DNA of 64,000 nucleotides from Gammaproteobacteria bacterium (GTDB taxonomy: Bacteria > Pseudomonadota > Gammaproteobacteria > CBDBNL01 > G965229495): positions 65,937-129,936 of the forward strand of contig OZ245880.1 in the NCBI GenBank assembly GCA_965229495.1, written 5' to 3'. Made by a program: the position numbers and the translations under genes. This document shows positions 1 through 9,991 of the stretch, one piece after another. Position 1 is the stretch's first letter; every line of letters starts with the position of its first letter. The notes under the pieces were generated by a model, which saw only the letters and a program-made list of their open reading frames with translations, did not search any database and was not told the DNA's origin.

Positions 1-913
1 CGTACTGCCATGGCGTCTTCGGGCAGGATCTCGGGGTTGGGGTTGGCGAGCGCCAGTATTAGCGGATTGGCCGCCATTTGCTTGACCATATCGGCGGTCA
101 AGACTCCGCCGACGCTCAAGCCCAGAAAGACATCCGCGCCGCCGATGACTTCCGCCAAGGTGCGCGCCTCAGTGTCTTGGGCAAACTGGGCTTTCTGCTC
201 GTCCATGCCTTTTTGCCTGCCAGCGTACACCACACCCGAGTTATCGCAAACGGTGATATTGGTTCGCGGCAAGCCCATGGCGACGAGCAAATTCAAGCAA
301 GCTATCGCCGCTGCGCCCGCGCCCGAGCTCACCAGCTTTACTTCTGCCAGCGGCTTTGCTACTAGCTCCAAGCCATTGATTAAGGCGGCGCATACCACTA
401 TGGCAGTGCCGTGCTGGTCGTCGTGAAACACTGGGATGCTCAAGCGTTCGCGCAACGCCTGCTCGACGATGAAACAATCCGGAGCTTTGATGTCTTCCAA
501 GTTTATGCCACCAAAGGTCGGTTCCAGCGCGGCGATGACTTCGATGAGCTTTTCCGGGTCCGCGCAATCGACTTCGATGTCGAACACATCAATACCAGCG
601 AATTTTTTGAACAGAACCCCTTTACCTTCCATCACTGGCTTGGAGGCCAGCGCGCCAATATTGCCAAGACCGAGCACCGCGCTGCCATTGCTGATGACGG
701 CTACCAGGTTGGCGCGGCTGGTGTACTTGAAGGAATCGCTGGGGTTGGCAGCTATTGCCCGACACGGCGCCGCGACCCCAGGCGAATACGCTAGCGCCAG
801 GTCGCGCTGATTGGTCAATTGCGTGGTGGCGACTAATTGGATTTTACCGGGCTTGGGGTATTGGTGGTAGTCGAGCGCGGCGCGGTCGAGTTCGTTGGTG
901 GTGTTATCGCTCA
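1..913 (-). CDS. maeB: NADP-dependent malic enzyme, N-terminal part (start codon at 913, 3' end beyond window start)
   Basis: Reverse-strand translation from the ATG at 911-913 gives [32 protein letters not shown]...[11 protein letters not shown]...[11 protein letters not shown], the malic-enzyme NAD-binding signature. It is open to position 1 and absent from the ORF track because it runs off the window. Confidence 0.8.
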
Positions 914-926
914 TGTTTTTTATTGG

Positions 927-2054
927 TTATAGGTTTAAGTCAACATCAGTCCACGCCCCGCCTTGACTCGCCGAGCGTGCTGCCGCCTCAATCGCCGCCA
1001 CGCCGACTAACCCCGAGTAAGCGTCAGGATAATTGGATTCGCTGCCTTCGATCAAGGCGCTAGCAATATCGCTATAAATGTTGGCAAAGGCGCCGAAGAA
1101 GCCTTCGGCGTGGCCGATGGCCACGCGCGCGGCGGCTGTAGCCGCCGAGCTTAGCTTGGGCGCCGAGCGTTCGATGATCTGGCTATTGCCATGCAGCGGT
1201 GTCCAGTACAGTTGGTTAGGTTGCTCTTGCGACCAGCGTAGGCCGCCTTTGCTGGCGAATACCTGTATGGTCAACCCGTGCTGCCGACCGAGGGCGACGG
1301 CGCTACTCCAAAGGCGCAAGGTCGCGCCGCCGTTGAGGCGGACGTTGAGCATGGCGTCGTCTTCTAAAGCTCGACCAGCAACGCAAGAGCAGAAATCGGC
1401 GCTGAGTTGTGCTGGTTGTTGCCCTGAGACGTAGCTCGCCAAGTGTAGAGCGTGAATGCCGCAATCGGCAAACACCGATGATACCCCAGCTTGCTCGGGG
1501 TCGTAGCGCCAGCGCACTCGGGGATTGTCAGCGTCATCGGCGTCGGCGTGGTGCCCGTGGGCGAATTCGGCGACTATCAAGCGCACCTCGCCAAGTTCAC
1601 CCGAAGCCACCATGGCGCGCGCTTGCCGCACCAGCGCGTAACCCGAGTAACCATAATTCACCGCGCAAATCTTGCCTTGGCGGCGTGCGCAAGCAACCAC
1701 GTCACGGGCTTCGGCGAGAGTCATGGTCAGCGGTTTTTCGCAGAGCACGTTGAAGCCAGCCTCAAGCCAAGCCTTGGTGATCTCGTGGTGCGTAGCGTTG
1801 GGCGTGGCGATGGTAACCAGATCGAGTTTGTCTGGGCGTTGGCGCTCGGCTTGCAGCATTTGCCGCCAATCGGAGTACACGCGCTCAGGCTCTAGGCCCA
1901 AGCTCAAGCCGAATTTGCGTCCGGCTTCGGGGTCGATGTCAAAAGCTCCAGCGCGTAGTTGGAGGATGCCGTCTAAGCCGGCAGCAACGCGGTGCGTCAG
2001 CCCGATTTGGCTATGAGCGCCTCCACCGATCATCCCCCAGTTGAGTTTTTTCAT
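927..2054 (-). CDS. Gfo/Idh/MocA family NAD(P)-dependent oxidoreductase
   Basis: 375-aa ORF with the N-terminal Rossmann motif MKKLNWGMIGGGAHSQIGLTHR typical of Gfo/Idh/MocA dehydrogenases. Confidence 0.75.
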   Translation of the reverse strand: MKKLNWGMIGGGAHSQIGLTHRVAAGLDGILQLRAGAFDIDPEAGRKFGLSLGLEPERVYSDWRQMLQAERQRPDKLDLVTIATPNATHHEITKAWLEAGFNVLCEKPLTMTLAEARDVVACARRQGKICAVNYGYSGYALVRQARAMVASGELGEVRLIVAEFAHGHHADADDADNPRVRWRYDPEQAGVSSVFADCGIHALHLASYVSGQQPAQLSADFCSCVAGRALEDDAMLNVRLNGGATLRLWSSAVALGRQHGLTIQVFASKGGLRWSQEQPNQLYWTPLHGNSQIIERSAPKLSSAATAAARVAIGHAEGFFGAFANIYSDIASALIEGSESNYPDAYSGLVGVAAIEAAARSASQGGAWTDVDLNL

Positions 2055-2069
2055 TTTTTCAATGCTAAT

Positions 2070-2735
2070 CTAATCGCCTAGGGCAAAGTCTGCTTCCGGC
2101 CAGTTATTCGCCTCGGCTACTCGCTTGAGCTCGGAGTCGGGATTAACCACAACTGGGTTATCGACGATCTTGAGCAAAGGCAGGTCATTGCGAGAGTCGC
2201 TGTAAAACCAGGCTCCCGGCAGTTGGTATTTTGGGTTGTGCTGCAACCAGTCGTTGAGCTTGGTTATCTTGCCGCCTTGGAAGCAGGGCACACCGTTGAC
2301 CTCTGGGGCAAAATGCTCGCCTTGGATTTTAATGTCAGTGCCAATCAATTCCACTGCCAAGTGCTGCGCCAGAGGTTCGAGTAAGAAGCTGGGCGTGGCG
2401 CTGATGAGCAGCACACGCGCGCCGCGCTCTTTGTGCGCCGTTATGGTCTTCACTGCCTTGGGGCGGAGCATGGGCAGTATCCGCGCTTGAAAGAAATCCG
2501 CGCGCAAAGCGCGCAGGGCGCCGAGGTCGAGGTGGCTTATGATGCTCATCTTATAAGCGGTGTACTCAGCCATATCCAGAGTGCCTTGGTAATATTGCCC
2601 GCCAAAATGGTCGCGCATCCGCGCATAATCGGCTTTATCGAAGCAGCCGCGCTCGGCGAGAAAATCTCCCCAGTTAGAATCGCTATCGCCTTCGAGGATG
2701 GTAAGGTCAACGTCGAATAGAGCCAAGTAGGGCAT
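2070..2735 (-). CDS. HAD-IB family hydrolase (phosphoserine-phosphatase-like)
   Basis: 221 aa; HAD motif I FDVDLT at the N-terminus and a C-terminal SDSRNDLPLL motif-IV-like segment. Confidence 0.7.
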   Translation of the reverse strand: MPYLALFDVDLTILEGDSDSNWGDFLAERGCFDKADYARMRDHFGGQYYQGTLDMAEYTAYKMSIISHLDLGALRALRADFFQARILPMLRPKAVKTITAHKERGARVLLISATPSFLLEPLAQHLAVELIGTDIKIQGEHFAPEVNGVPCFQGGKITKLNDWLQHNPKYQLPGAWFYSDSRNDLPLLKIVDNPVVVNPDSELKRVAEANNWPEADFALGD

Positions 2736-2741
2736 ATGTGA

Positions 2742-5558
2742 ATGGTGTCAGAGTTAATTGATTTAATACCAGCAAGTATACAGAGCTTTGCCCACGCTCG
2801 ACACCAGCAATGGCGGCAATCCGAGCCGCGTTTGCGCCATTGGCTGGATCAAGCCAGTCAACAGCAGTTATTGGGTTATTGTCGTCTGCTGTGCTTGAGC
2901 GATTATGCCGATAGCATCTGGCGGCGCACGCCCGAACCCTTGAGCTTGCTCGACGATAAATTCGAAACCGTACCCGAATGCGACGGAGTTGAGTTAAACC
3001 TCACCGCCGCCGAGCGCGAGCTCCGCCGCTGGCGCCAGCGCAATCAGTTTCGGCTGATCTATCAGGACCTGCTACCAAGCGCGAATAGCGAGCAGAGCTT
3101 CGTTACAACAACTAGCAGGCTGAGCGTCGACGCCGAGCGCGTGTTGTTGGCAGCGTTGCGCCTAGCTCAGGCTCATCAATTAGCTAAGCCCGCCAGCGCT
3201 CCCGTGCGCGAATGGGCTCAGCAACCGCTACAGGCCATAGCTATGGGCAAGCTCGGCGCGGGCGAACTCAACCTGTCCTCGGACGTCGATTTGATCCTGG
3301 TTATGTCCACCAGCAACGCCGAAGCCGGAGTGCAAGACCGCGTCGAGCGCTTTTATCGGCGCGTGGCGCAGGTGTTTCTTGATTTGGTGCACAAGAGCAC
3401 GGCCGATGGTCGCGTGCTCCGCGTCGATTTACGCTTGCGACCTTTTGGCGCCAGCAGCTCTATAGTTATCGGCCAACGCGCGCTGCTGGATTATTACCGG
3501 CAACACGGCCGCGAGTGGGAGCGTTACGCGCTTTTGAAGGCTAGGCTGCTCGGCGCTGGCGAAGGTGGTTCTTGGCTCGACCAGTTGCAGCAATTCGTCT
3601 ATAGACCCTTCCGCGATTTTCGATCGCTAGCGCAACTGCGCAAGTTGCGCCAGCTCATCGCCGAGCAGCCCAGCGACGCCCATAGCTTGGATATCAAACG
3701 CTGCCCAGGTGGCATTCGCGACGCCGAATTCGTCGTCCAAGCGCTGCAGTTGATCAACGGCGGTCGTTATCGCTCGCTGCAGCGGCGCGGCTTTTTGGCG
3801 GCGACGCAGGCTTTGCAAGCCAAGGACTTGCTCAACCCAGAAGAGCGCTCCAGTCTAGACGCCGCCTACCTACTACTACGCCACACCGAGCACAAAATCC
3901 AAGCTCGCGCCGACCGCCAAAGCCATACTTGGCCGCAAGACCGTACGTTGCAAGAGCGCATAGCTTTCGCGCTTGGCTTGCGAGCGGATGAACTCGAGCA
4001 GCGCATCGCTGCGAGTAGACAAACAGTGCTCGGGCTCATAGATAAATACCTTGGCACTGGGGGGCAGACATTAGCACCGCCGTCGCCAGACACTGCCAGC
4101 GCCCCCGACTTGAGCGACCTCAAAGGTAAATTTGCCCACCGCCAGCAGGAGTTTCGGAGTTTGTGTCAGCAAGCGCAGCAATTATGTGCACGCGGTGATA
4201 TTGGCGCCGACTACGGCGAGCCGTTGAAAAAATTACTCGCGAGCATAGCTGGGCGCGCTAACTATCTAGCCCTACTGCTTGAGGCACCACACACTTTAGC
4301 GGTCGCTTTGAATTTGATGCAGCGGAGCGCTTGGTGCGCCGCGCAGATTTGCCAGCACCCTTTGATCCTGGAGCATTTCGCCGTGCGCTCGGGTGCGCAC
4401 CCCGAGCGCGGTAGCTTCGCCGATCTCCAGCGTCATTACCTTGATTATCTAAGTGGCTTACTCGCAGAAATTCCTGATAACGATTTAGAGGCGCAGATGG
4501 ACGCGCTCCGCCGCTTCAAGCTGCATAGCCATATGCACGTCGCGCGCTTGGATCTATTGCAGGATTTACCGCTGATGTTGGTCTCCGATCATCTTAGCGC
4601 CATCGCCGACGCCCTGCTCACAGCCGCCGCCAGCATGGCTTGGCAGCAATTACTCGTCAAGCTCGGAGTGCGGCCGAGCTTGGCGGACGGCACTCCAGCC
4701 AGCATCGATAACTTCATGGTGCTGGGGATGGGCAAACTCGGCGGCATCGAGCTCGGTTACGGCTCCGATTGCGACATGGTCTTTCTTTACGACCCACCGA
4801 GCGCTGCGGCTTGCCTGGTCAGCGCCAACGCTCCCGAGAAGGCGCGCGCGGAGCCTATGAGCAACCAGCAATTCTTTCTGCGCCTGGGGCAGCGGATATT
4901 GCACCTCCTTAGCAGCTACACCACCGCTGGCCGAGTCTTTGCCACCGATCTGCGTTTGCGCCCGCAGGGTAATAAAGGCTTGCTGGTAAGCAATATCGTC
5001 GCCTACGCCGATTATCAGACTAACGAAGCCTGGACTTTCGAGACCCAAGCGCTGACGCGGTCGCGCGTCGTCAGCGCTGGTAGCGCGCTGCGCGCGCGTT
5101 TTGACAGCATTCGCGCCCAGTGCTTGCAGCGAGAGCGTTCACCTCAGCAATTGCAGACCGAGATTGTCGCCATGCGCCAGCGTATCGCCAGTAATAAGGA
5201 TCGGTCTGGACGTGCAGGTTTTGACCTAAAGCTCGGCGCGGGCGGCCTGGTCGATATAGAATTCCTGGTGCAATATCTATTGCTGCAACACGCGCAGCGG
5301 CATCCGAGCATTTACGAACATTCTGATAACTGCCGCCAGCTAGACGTCTTGCTCGCCGAAGGCTTGCTCGACGCCAGCATTGTCGAACAATTGCGCGCTT
5401 GCTGGCTAGAATTACGCCAGTTGGCGCATAGCTGCCAACTGCAATCGACTCAGCCCGAGGTGGACGTGGTCGTAGCCTCGGAACATCGCCCCGCCAGCTG
5501 CGACCAAGTACTCGCTGCCTGGCAGCGGGTTTTCGGCAAGCACTGGAGCAAAACTTAA
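2742..5558 (+). CDS. glnE: Bifunctional glutamine synthetase adenylyltransferase/adenylyl-removing enzyme
   Basis: 938 aa with two nucleotidyltransferase halves (DLRLRPFGASS...; second half GMGKLGG...DLRLRPQG), as in GlnE. Confidence 0.9.
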   Translation: MVSELIDLIPASIQSFAHARHQQWRQSEPRLRHWLDQASQQQLLGYCRLLCLSDYADSIWRRTPEPLSLLDDKFETVPECDGVELNLTAAERELRRWRQRNQFRLIYQDLLPSANSEQSFVTTTSRLSVDAERVLLAALRLAQAHQLAKPASAPVREWAQQPLQAIAMGKLGAGELNLSSDVDLILVMSTSNAEAGVQDRVERFYRRVAQVFLDLVHKSTADGRVLRVDLRLRPFGASSSIVIGQRALLDYYRQHGREWERYALLKARLLGAGEGGSWLDQLQQFVYRPFRDFRSLAQLRKLRQLIAEQPSDAHSLDIKRCPGGIRDAEFVVQALQLINGGRYRSLQRRGFLAATQALQAKDLLNPEERSSLDAAYLLLRHTEHKIQARADRQSHTWPQDRTLQERIAFALGLRADELEQRIAASRQTVLGLIDKYLGTGGQTLAPPSPDTASAPDLSDLKGKFAHRQQEFRSLCQQAQQLCARGDIGADYGEPLKKLLASIAGRANYLALLLEAPHTLAVALNLMQRSAWCAAQICQHPLILEHFAVRSGAHPERGSFADLQRHYLDYLSGLLAEIPDNDLEAQMDALRRFKLHSHMHVARLDLLQDLPLMLVSDHLSAIADALLTAAASMAWQQLLVKLGVRPSLADGTPASIDNFMVLGMGKLGGIELGYGSDCDMVFLYDPPSAAACLVSANAPEKARAEPMSNQQFFLRLGQRILHLLSSYTTAGRVFATDLRLRPQGNKGLLVSNIVAYADYQTNEAWTFETQALTRSRVVSAGSALRARFDSIRAQCLQRERSPQQLQTEIVAMRQRIASNKDRSGRAGFDLKLGAGGLVDIEFLVQYLLLQHAQRHPSIYEHSDNCRQLDVLLAEGLLDASIVEQLRACWLELRQLAHSCQLQSTQPEVDVVVASEHRPASCDQVLAAWQRVFGKHWSKT

Positions 5559-5562
5559 ATCA

Positions 5563-6819
5563 ATGATCAGAAAACGTTTATTCATTTGGGCTTTGATGGC
5601 GAGTTCGGCGCTACCTTTGGCAGCAGAGGAAGCTTTGTTGCTGGATCGCATCGTGGCAGTGGTCAACGACGAGATCATCTTACTCTCTGAACTCGAGCAG
5701 CGCGCTCAGCAGCAACGCGGACAAGTTATCGACGACGAGCAGTTGCTGCAGGCGATGATCCTGGAGAATATTCAATTGCAGCTCGCCCGACGCTTTAACA
5801 TCAGCGTTGCCAACAGCGAGGTCAACGCCATTCTTGAGGAGCAGGCTTTGCGCGCTGGCTTGGCTCTGAGCGTTTATCTACGCGCGCTGGAAGGCGAGGG
5901 CGCTGATTTGCTAGCGCTGCGCGCCAACATCCAGCGTCAGCTCTTATTGCAGAAAACCCGTGGTCAATTGCTCGGGCGTAGCATCAGCGTGCGCGACGAC
6001 GAGATCGAAGCCTTCTTCGCCACGCGCGCCGCCGCCGAGGCTTTCGGCGTCGAATACAAGATCGGCTACATCGGCGCTGACGCCGAGCACGAGGAGCTGG
6101 TGCAAGGAATATACGAAGACTTGCAAGAGCAGAACTTCAGCGTCGTGAGCGCGCGTTGGCAAGACGACGAGCGCTTGCGTGTGCGTTCTTTGGACTGGCA
6201 ACCAGCGGTGCAACTACCGACGCTATTCGCCGAATTGGCGCCAGGCTTGCAAGTGGGGAGCACGCACGCGCCGGTGCGCAATAACCGTGGTTGGAACCTG
6301 GTTACATTGCTCGATCAGCGCCTGGCTTATAGCAGCATTAACGAATATCAGATCACTAGCATCAGCTTGGCGAGCAATCCAGTGCGCGACCGACAAGCCA
6401 CCGAGGCTTTGGCGCGTGAACTTTATCAACAGCTACAAGCCGACGCCAGCGATATCGTTAGCTTGGCGCGTACTTATTCTGACGACGCCTTGAGCGCTGG
6501 CAGCGGCGGCGACCTCGGTTGGCGCGCTAGCAAGCCCGCCAGCTTTGCCAATGCCTTCTGGGAGCGATTGACGCGAGCTCAGGTCGGCGATTTACTACTG
6601 AACAACGCCGATGGCGATTGGCAAATAGTCCTACTGCGAGACGTTCGTAGTAGCGACAACAGCTTGGAGCGCGCCAACGCCTCGGCGCGCCAAGTGATCT
6701 TCGAGACCAAAATGCGCCAAGCGCTACCCAAATGGTTAGAAGAAGTGCGCAATCAAGCCTACGTCGAAGTAAAAATCGACGCTCTAGCTGGCGATAACTC
6801 TGGGACGGTGGAGTTGTAG
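5563..6819 (+). CDS. Periplasmic chaperone / peptidyl-prolyl isomerase, SurA-like
   Basis: Signal peptide MIRKRLFIWALMASSALPLAAEE. The N-terminal segment LDRIVAVVNDEIILLSEL resembles the SurA N-domain, and the C-terminus has a parvulin-like SGGDLGW segment. Confidence 0.6.
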   Translation: MIRKRLFIWALMASSALPLAAEEALLLDRIVAVVNDEIILLSELEQRAQQQRGQVIDDEQLLQAMILENIQLQLARRFNISVANSEVNAILEEQALRAGLALSVYLRALEGEGADLLALRANIQRQLLLQKTRGQLLGRSISVRDDEIEAFFATRAAAEAFGVEYKIGYIGADAEHEELVQGIYEDLQEQNFSVVSARWQDDERLRVRSLDWQPAVQLPTLFAELAPGLQVGSTHAPVRNNRGWNLVTLLDQRLAYSSINEYQITSISLASNPVRDRQATEALARELYQQLQADASDIVSLARTYSDDALSAGSGGDLGWRASKPASFANAFWERLTRAQVGDLLLNNADGDWQIVLLRDVRSSDNSLERANASARQVIFETKMRQALPKWLEEVRNQAYVEVKIDALAGDNSGTVEL

Positions 6820-7039
6820 GGGGTAGTTACACCCGTAGCGATGGTAGCACTGGCATAAGTCATGATGCTACTTTGATTTTTTCTGCTTCAGAGCCAGATG
6901 GCGAGCCAAGCCAATCTGCCGAAGCTGGTTATCTTGCCGCTGTCAGTGTGAATACGGAAGGTACAGGCAACTTGCCAGCTAATAGCGACGATGCAAGCGC
7001 GAATTTGGATTTATCATAATCCGAGGATTTGTTCGGTTT

Positions 7040-7150
7040 TTGAAGTAATATATGCGTGAGGGGGATGTGCTTATGAATAACCAAAAACAAGCAATTGCCC
7101 TAAAGCTGGTTTTGTTGCTGCTGTTGAGCGGCGCGCATAGTGTGGGCATA
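7040..7150. repeat. Direct repeat copy 1 (~90 bp). Encodes a lipoprotein-leader-like fragment MNNQKQAIALKLVLLLLLSG... (ORF 7073-7192).
   Basis: About 85% identical to 8160-8265; both copies carry ...gtgcttatgaataaccaa(a/g)aacaagcaattgccc...ttgttgctgctgttg... Confidence 0.7.
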
Positions 7151-7224
7151 CGAGCTTGCATTAGTATTGCGCTACCGGTCGCGCGCTTGTAGAGCTGGGA
7201 GTGAATTTATAGAGGAGAATAATT

Positions 7225-7869
7225 ATGCCATATACAAATAAACTACGTGTGCAGCAAGATTATGAGCGCGGACGGCTGGCGGTAGACGTTTACAAGCCTA
7301 AAGATGAGCGTGGGGTGGGCCGCTGGAAGCTTACTCTTTCTGGTGATGACGAGGCTACTGGCTTGAAAGCGCAGGCTTATAAATCACTAGCAACTGGCGA
7401 GGTGGTTATAGCTTTTGGTGGTACTGATTCGCTAGGTAATGGCTTTGGTAAGGATTTGCTCGCTGATTTGGGCTTTGTGTTTGGCTATCTGCAAAAGCAA
7501 CTCAGAGCTGGGCTAGATTTTTGCGCTGAAGTGATTGATATTGAGGTGCAGTCTGGTCGTTATCAAGGGATTGCAAAAGAAGACGTATTAAAAAATATAT
7601 CGCTTGCTGGGCATAGCCTGGGAGGCGGTATAGCGCAGCTAGCGGGTTACATATTTGGGATTGCTGGCACGACGATGGATGCTCCTGGAGTTAAGCGCAT
7701 TTGTAAAGATGATAGCTTTAAGAATTATGTGGATCATTTGCGCGGGCACTATGCGCATTTGGTACAAACCAAGTTGGGGGAGGGAAAAGCAGATTTTAGG
7801 TGCTTTACTGAATTTGGTAGTGCAATCAATTTGGTAGGTGGTAAGCATCACGGTAAAAAATTAGAATGA
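7225..7869 (+). CDS. Lipase class 3 (alpha/beta-hydrolase, GHSLGG nucleophile elbow), putative secreted lipase or effector
   Basis: 214 aa; VVIAFGGTDSLGNGFGKDLLADLG followed by GHSLGGGIAQLAGY matches the lipase_3 core. Strong SD agaggag lies 8 nt upstream, in a low-GC islet. Confidence 0.6.
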   Translation: MPYTNKLRVQQDYERGRLAVDVYKPKDERGVGRWKLTLSGDDEATGLKAQAYKSLATGEVVIAFGGTDSLGNGFGKDLLADLGFVFGYLQKQLRAGLDFCAEVIDIEVQSGRYQGIAKEDVLKNISLAGHSLGGGIAQLAGYIFGIAGTTMDAPGVKRICKDDSFKNYVDHLRGHYAHLVQTKLGEGKADFRCFTEFGSAINLVGGKHHGKKLE

Positions 7870-8090
7870 ATAATGTTAAAGGTTTTTTCTCTATGTTAGC
7901 TTCTATCGCAGTGGTGGCTATTTTTGGACCTGTCACAATAGCTTATCCATCAGCTATTATGATGGCTGGGAATAATTTTTTTTCAAGCAGCACGATAAGG
8001 GTGTTATGCTGGAAGCTTTGCAGCAGCGATATAAATCTTTATGAAATACTAACCTTATTAATTGAACAGGAACATGCTCCTTGCTTCTAA
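7866..8090 (+). CDS. Small secreted or membrane protein, translationally coupled to the lipase (candidate immunity or partner)
   Basis: 74-aa ORF overlapping the lipase stop by 4 nt, with the hydrophobic N-terminus MNNVKGFFSMLASIAVVAIFGPV. Confidence 0.3.
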   Translation: MNNVKGFFSMLASIAVVAIFGPVTIAYPSAIMMAGNNFFSSSTIRVLCWKLCSSDINLYEILTLLIEQEHAPCF

Positions 8091-8159
8091 CTTAATTGTT
8101 AGTGCTTTTTTATCAAGAGTAAATTCTGCTTTGGCGCTTGGCTGGGAGATTGATAGTCT

Positions 8160-8265
8160 GGTTGGAGTAATATATGCAACAGGGTTGTGCTTATGAATAA
8201 CCAAGAACAAGCAATTGCCCGAAGGCTGTTTTTGTTGCTGCTGTTGGGCTTAGTGGGCTGCGCGC
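8160..8265. repeat. Direct repeat copy 2 (~90 bp)
   Basis: Matches 7040-7150 and carries an intact lipobox leader MNNQEQAIARRLFLLLLLGLVGC. Confidence 0.7.
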
Positions 8266-8430
8266 ATAATGCGGGCGGTGGTGGGGGGTTCTGCTGGGCT
8301 TGCGAATGATGGTAATGGCATCGTAGCTGAGGGGATTGTGCTGAGTGAGGCTGGTGGCGTTCAAGTCGCCGTCTACTATTATGGGGCAGTCGCGGTTGGT
8401 GAGTTGGAGCTGGATTGTTGTCGGCATTAG
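8193..8430 (+). pseudogene. Small lipoprotein gene interrupted by a frameshift at a G6 homopolymer tract
   Basis: ATG 8193 gives leader + lipobox LVGC + AHNAGGGGG, then a stop at 8307. Shifting frame at the gggggg run reads through SAGLANDGNGIVAEGIVLSEAGGVQVAVYYYGAVAVGELELDCCRH to ~8430. Confidence 0.35.
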
Positions 8431-8972
8431 TGGTTTTGAATGAGCTCGATTAAGTCTGCGAGGTCGGCGGCTGGGGTTTTATTGCCGCTTTGGAAGCGGA
8501 TGTGCGCTGTGCTCAGGTAGAGATGCTCGCGTTCGCTACGGAGCTTGGTCAAGATTGCTCGGCGCTTGGCGCTGTCGGCGGCAGGGTCGGAACTGCTGGC
8601 ACCGAGCAGGGGTCTATTGCTGCAACTGCGTAGGCGCGCGAGTTGTACCTCTATATCGACCTCGACGTATATTACTGTGCTGTGGGCGCGGAGCAGCTCG
8701 CGGTTTTGCTCTCTGAGGACGACACCGCCGCCAGTGGCGATGACGCAGTCGTGCTTCTGCAACAATAGCTGCAGTTGTTGGCTTTCGCGCTCGCGAAAGC
8801 CCTCCTCGCCTTCGGCGTCAAAAATCCAGCCGATATCGACTCCAGTGGCCTTTTCAATCTCTTGGTCGCTATCGTAAAAATCATAAGCCAAAGCCCGCGC
8901 CAGCTTATTGCCGAGCGTCGACTTGCCAGCGCCCATGCTGCCTATTAGGGTTATTCGTGTCGGCATTGGCAA
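8427..8972 (-). CDS. aroK: Shikimate kinase
   Basis: 181 aa; Walker A GSMGAGKSTLGNKLA; typical AroK. Confidence 0.85.
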   Translation of the reverse strand: MPMPTRITLIGSMGAGKSTLGNKLARALAYDFYDSDQEIEKATGVDIGWIFDAEGEEGFRERESQQLQLLLQKHDCVIATGGGVVLREQNRELLRAHSTVIYVEVDIEVQLARLRSCSNRPLLGASSSDPAADSAKRRAILTKLRSEREHLYLSTAHIRFQSGNKTPAADLADLIELIQNH

Positions 8973-9075
8973 TGATGAAGCGATATCATGGTACGGTTAT
9001 AGAGGGCATACTATAGCACTGCGGTTAAGTTGCCAGCGTCGGTTTGGCGAAGCAGTGATTGCTTTTGCTATTCCA

Positions 9076-9104
9076 GTTGACATGGCGCACGTATAAGCGT
9101 ACGA
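9076..9104 (+). promoter_or_regulatory. Putative sigma70 promoter of yefM-yoeB (TTGACA-N17-TACGAT) with an embedded imperfect palindrome
   Basis: ttgacatggcgcacgtataagcgtacgat lies about 28 nt upstream of the yefM ATG. The cgtataagcgtacg dyad could be the antitoxin operator. Confidence 0.4.
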
Positions 9105-9131
9105 TGGCAGAAACAACTTGAGGAGCAAATT

Positions 9132-9374
9132 ATGACTATTCTGAATGCCACTGAGGCGCGCGCTAATTTGTACGGGCTGATTGACAAAACTGCGGAGAAT
9201 CATCAGCCGATTATGATTACCAGCAAGCGTAGCAACGCGGTGCTGATTGCGGAGGAAGACTGGAACGCTATAGCCGAGAGCCTTTATCTGTCTTCGTTTC
9301 CGGGCATGGTGGAGTCGATCAAGGAGGGAATGCAGGTCGATTTGTCGACTTGCGCTGAGGAACTCGATTGGTGA
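9132..9374 (+). CDS. yefM: Type II antitoxin, Phd/YefM family
   Basis: 80 aa, MTILNATEARANLYGLIDKTAE...; overlaps the downstream toxin by 7 nt. Confidence 0.85.
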   Translation: MTILNATEARANLYGLIDKTAENHQPIMITSKRSNAVLIAEEDWNAIAESLYLSSFPGMVESIKEGMQVDLSTCAEELDW

Positions 9375-9634
9375 ACTGGCGCTTGCTCTACACTAGGCAA
9401 GCGCAAAAAGACGCTAAGAAACTAGCTGCAGCCGGACTGAAACCGAAGGCCGAGAAGCTACTCGCGCTGCTCAGAGAGAACCCTTACGCTAATCCCCCAC
9501 CGTACGAAAAACCGGTCGGCCAACTCGCCGGCGCCTATTCGCGGCGAATAAATATCCAGCACAGGCTGGTCTACCAAGTCTACGAAGAGCTAAGCACAGT
9601 AAAGGTTATTCGCTTGTGGACGCATTACGAATGA
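9368..9634 (+). CDS. yoeB: Type II toxin, YoeB/Txe family mRNA interferase
   Basis: 88 aa; RINIQHRLVYQV...IRLWTHYE matches the YoeB C-terminus. Confidence 0.85.
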   Translation: MVNWRLLYTRQAQKDAKKLAAAGLKPKAEKLLALLRENPYANPPPYEKPVGQLAGAYSRRINIQHRLVYQVYEELSTVKVIRLWTHYE

Positions 9635-9991
9635 TGACAATAGCGCCCATAGAAGCAGCCTTGTACTCATAAAACCCGAAAACTCTATGGATAAATTAGC
9701 CATGTGCGCGCCGGATTTGGCGGCTAGTAATATCTAGAAGATTGCTGAGTTTTTTTCGCATTGCGTTACCGAGGCGCACGGCGCTGATGGCGAGCTGCAG
9801 CGCAAGATCGATTGGGACTATACATCTAGGATGCATACGCGATCAATGCCCGGTCTTCAACCAATGGCTCAATAAAATCGAAGCACTCGCGCCCACTAAC
9901 CAATAACATCTAGAATCACCAGACACAATAGGCACAGATAAGCATTGCACCAATCTGCGTTTATCCGTGATCATCTTTGCTTCCTACACCA

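Noticed and set aside
10-1063. Several plus-strand ORFs (10-426, 411-794, 436-810, 755-1063)
   Set aside because: They overlap the clearly conserved minus-strand malic enzyme gene (YSPGVAAPC motif); they are high-GC antisense artefacts.
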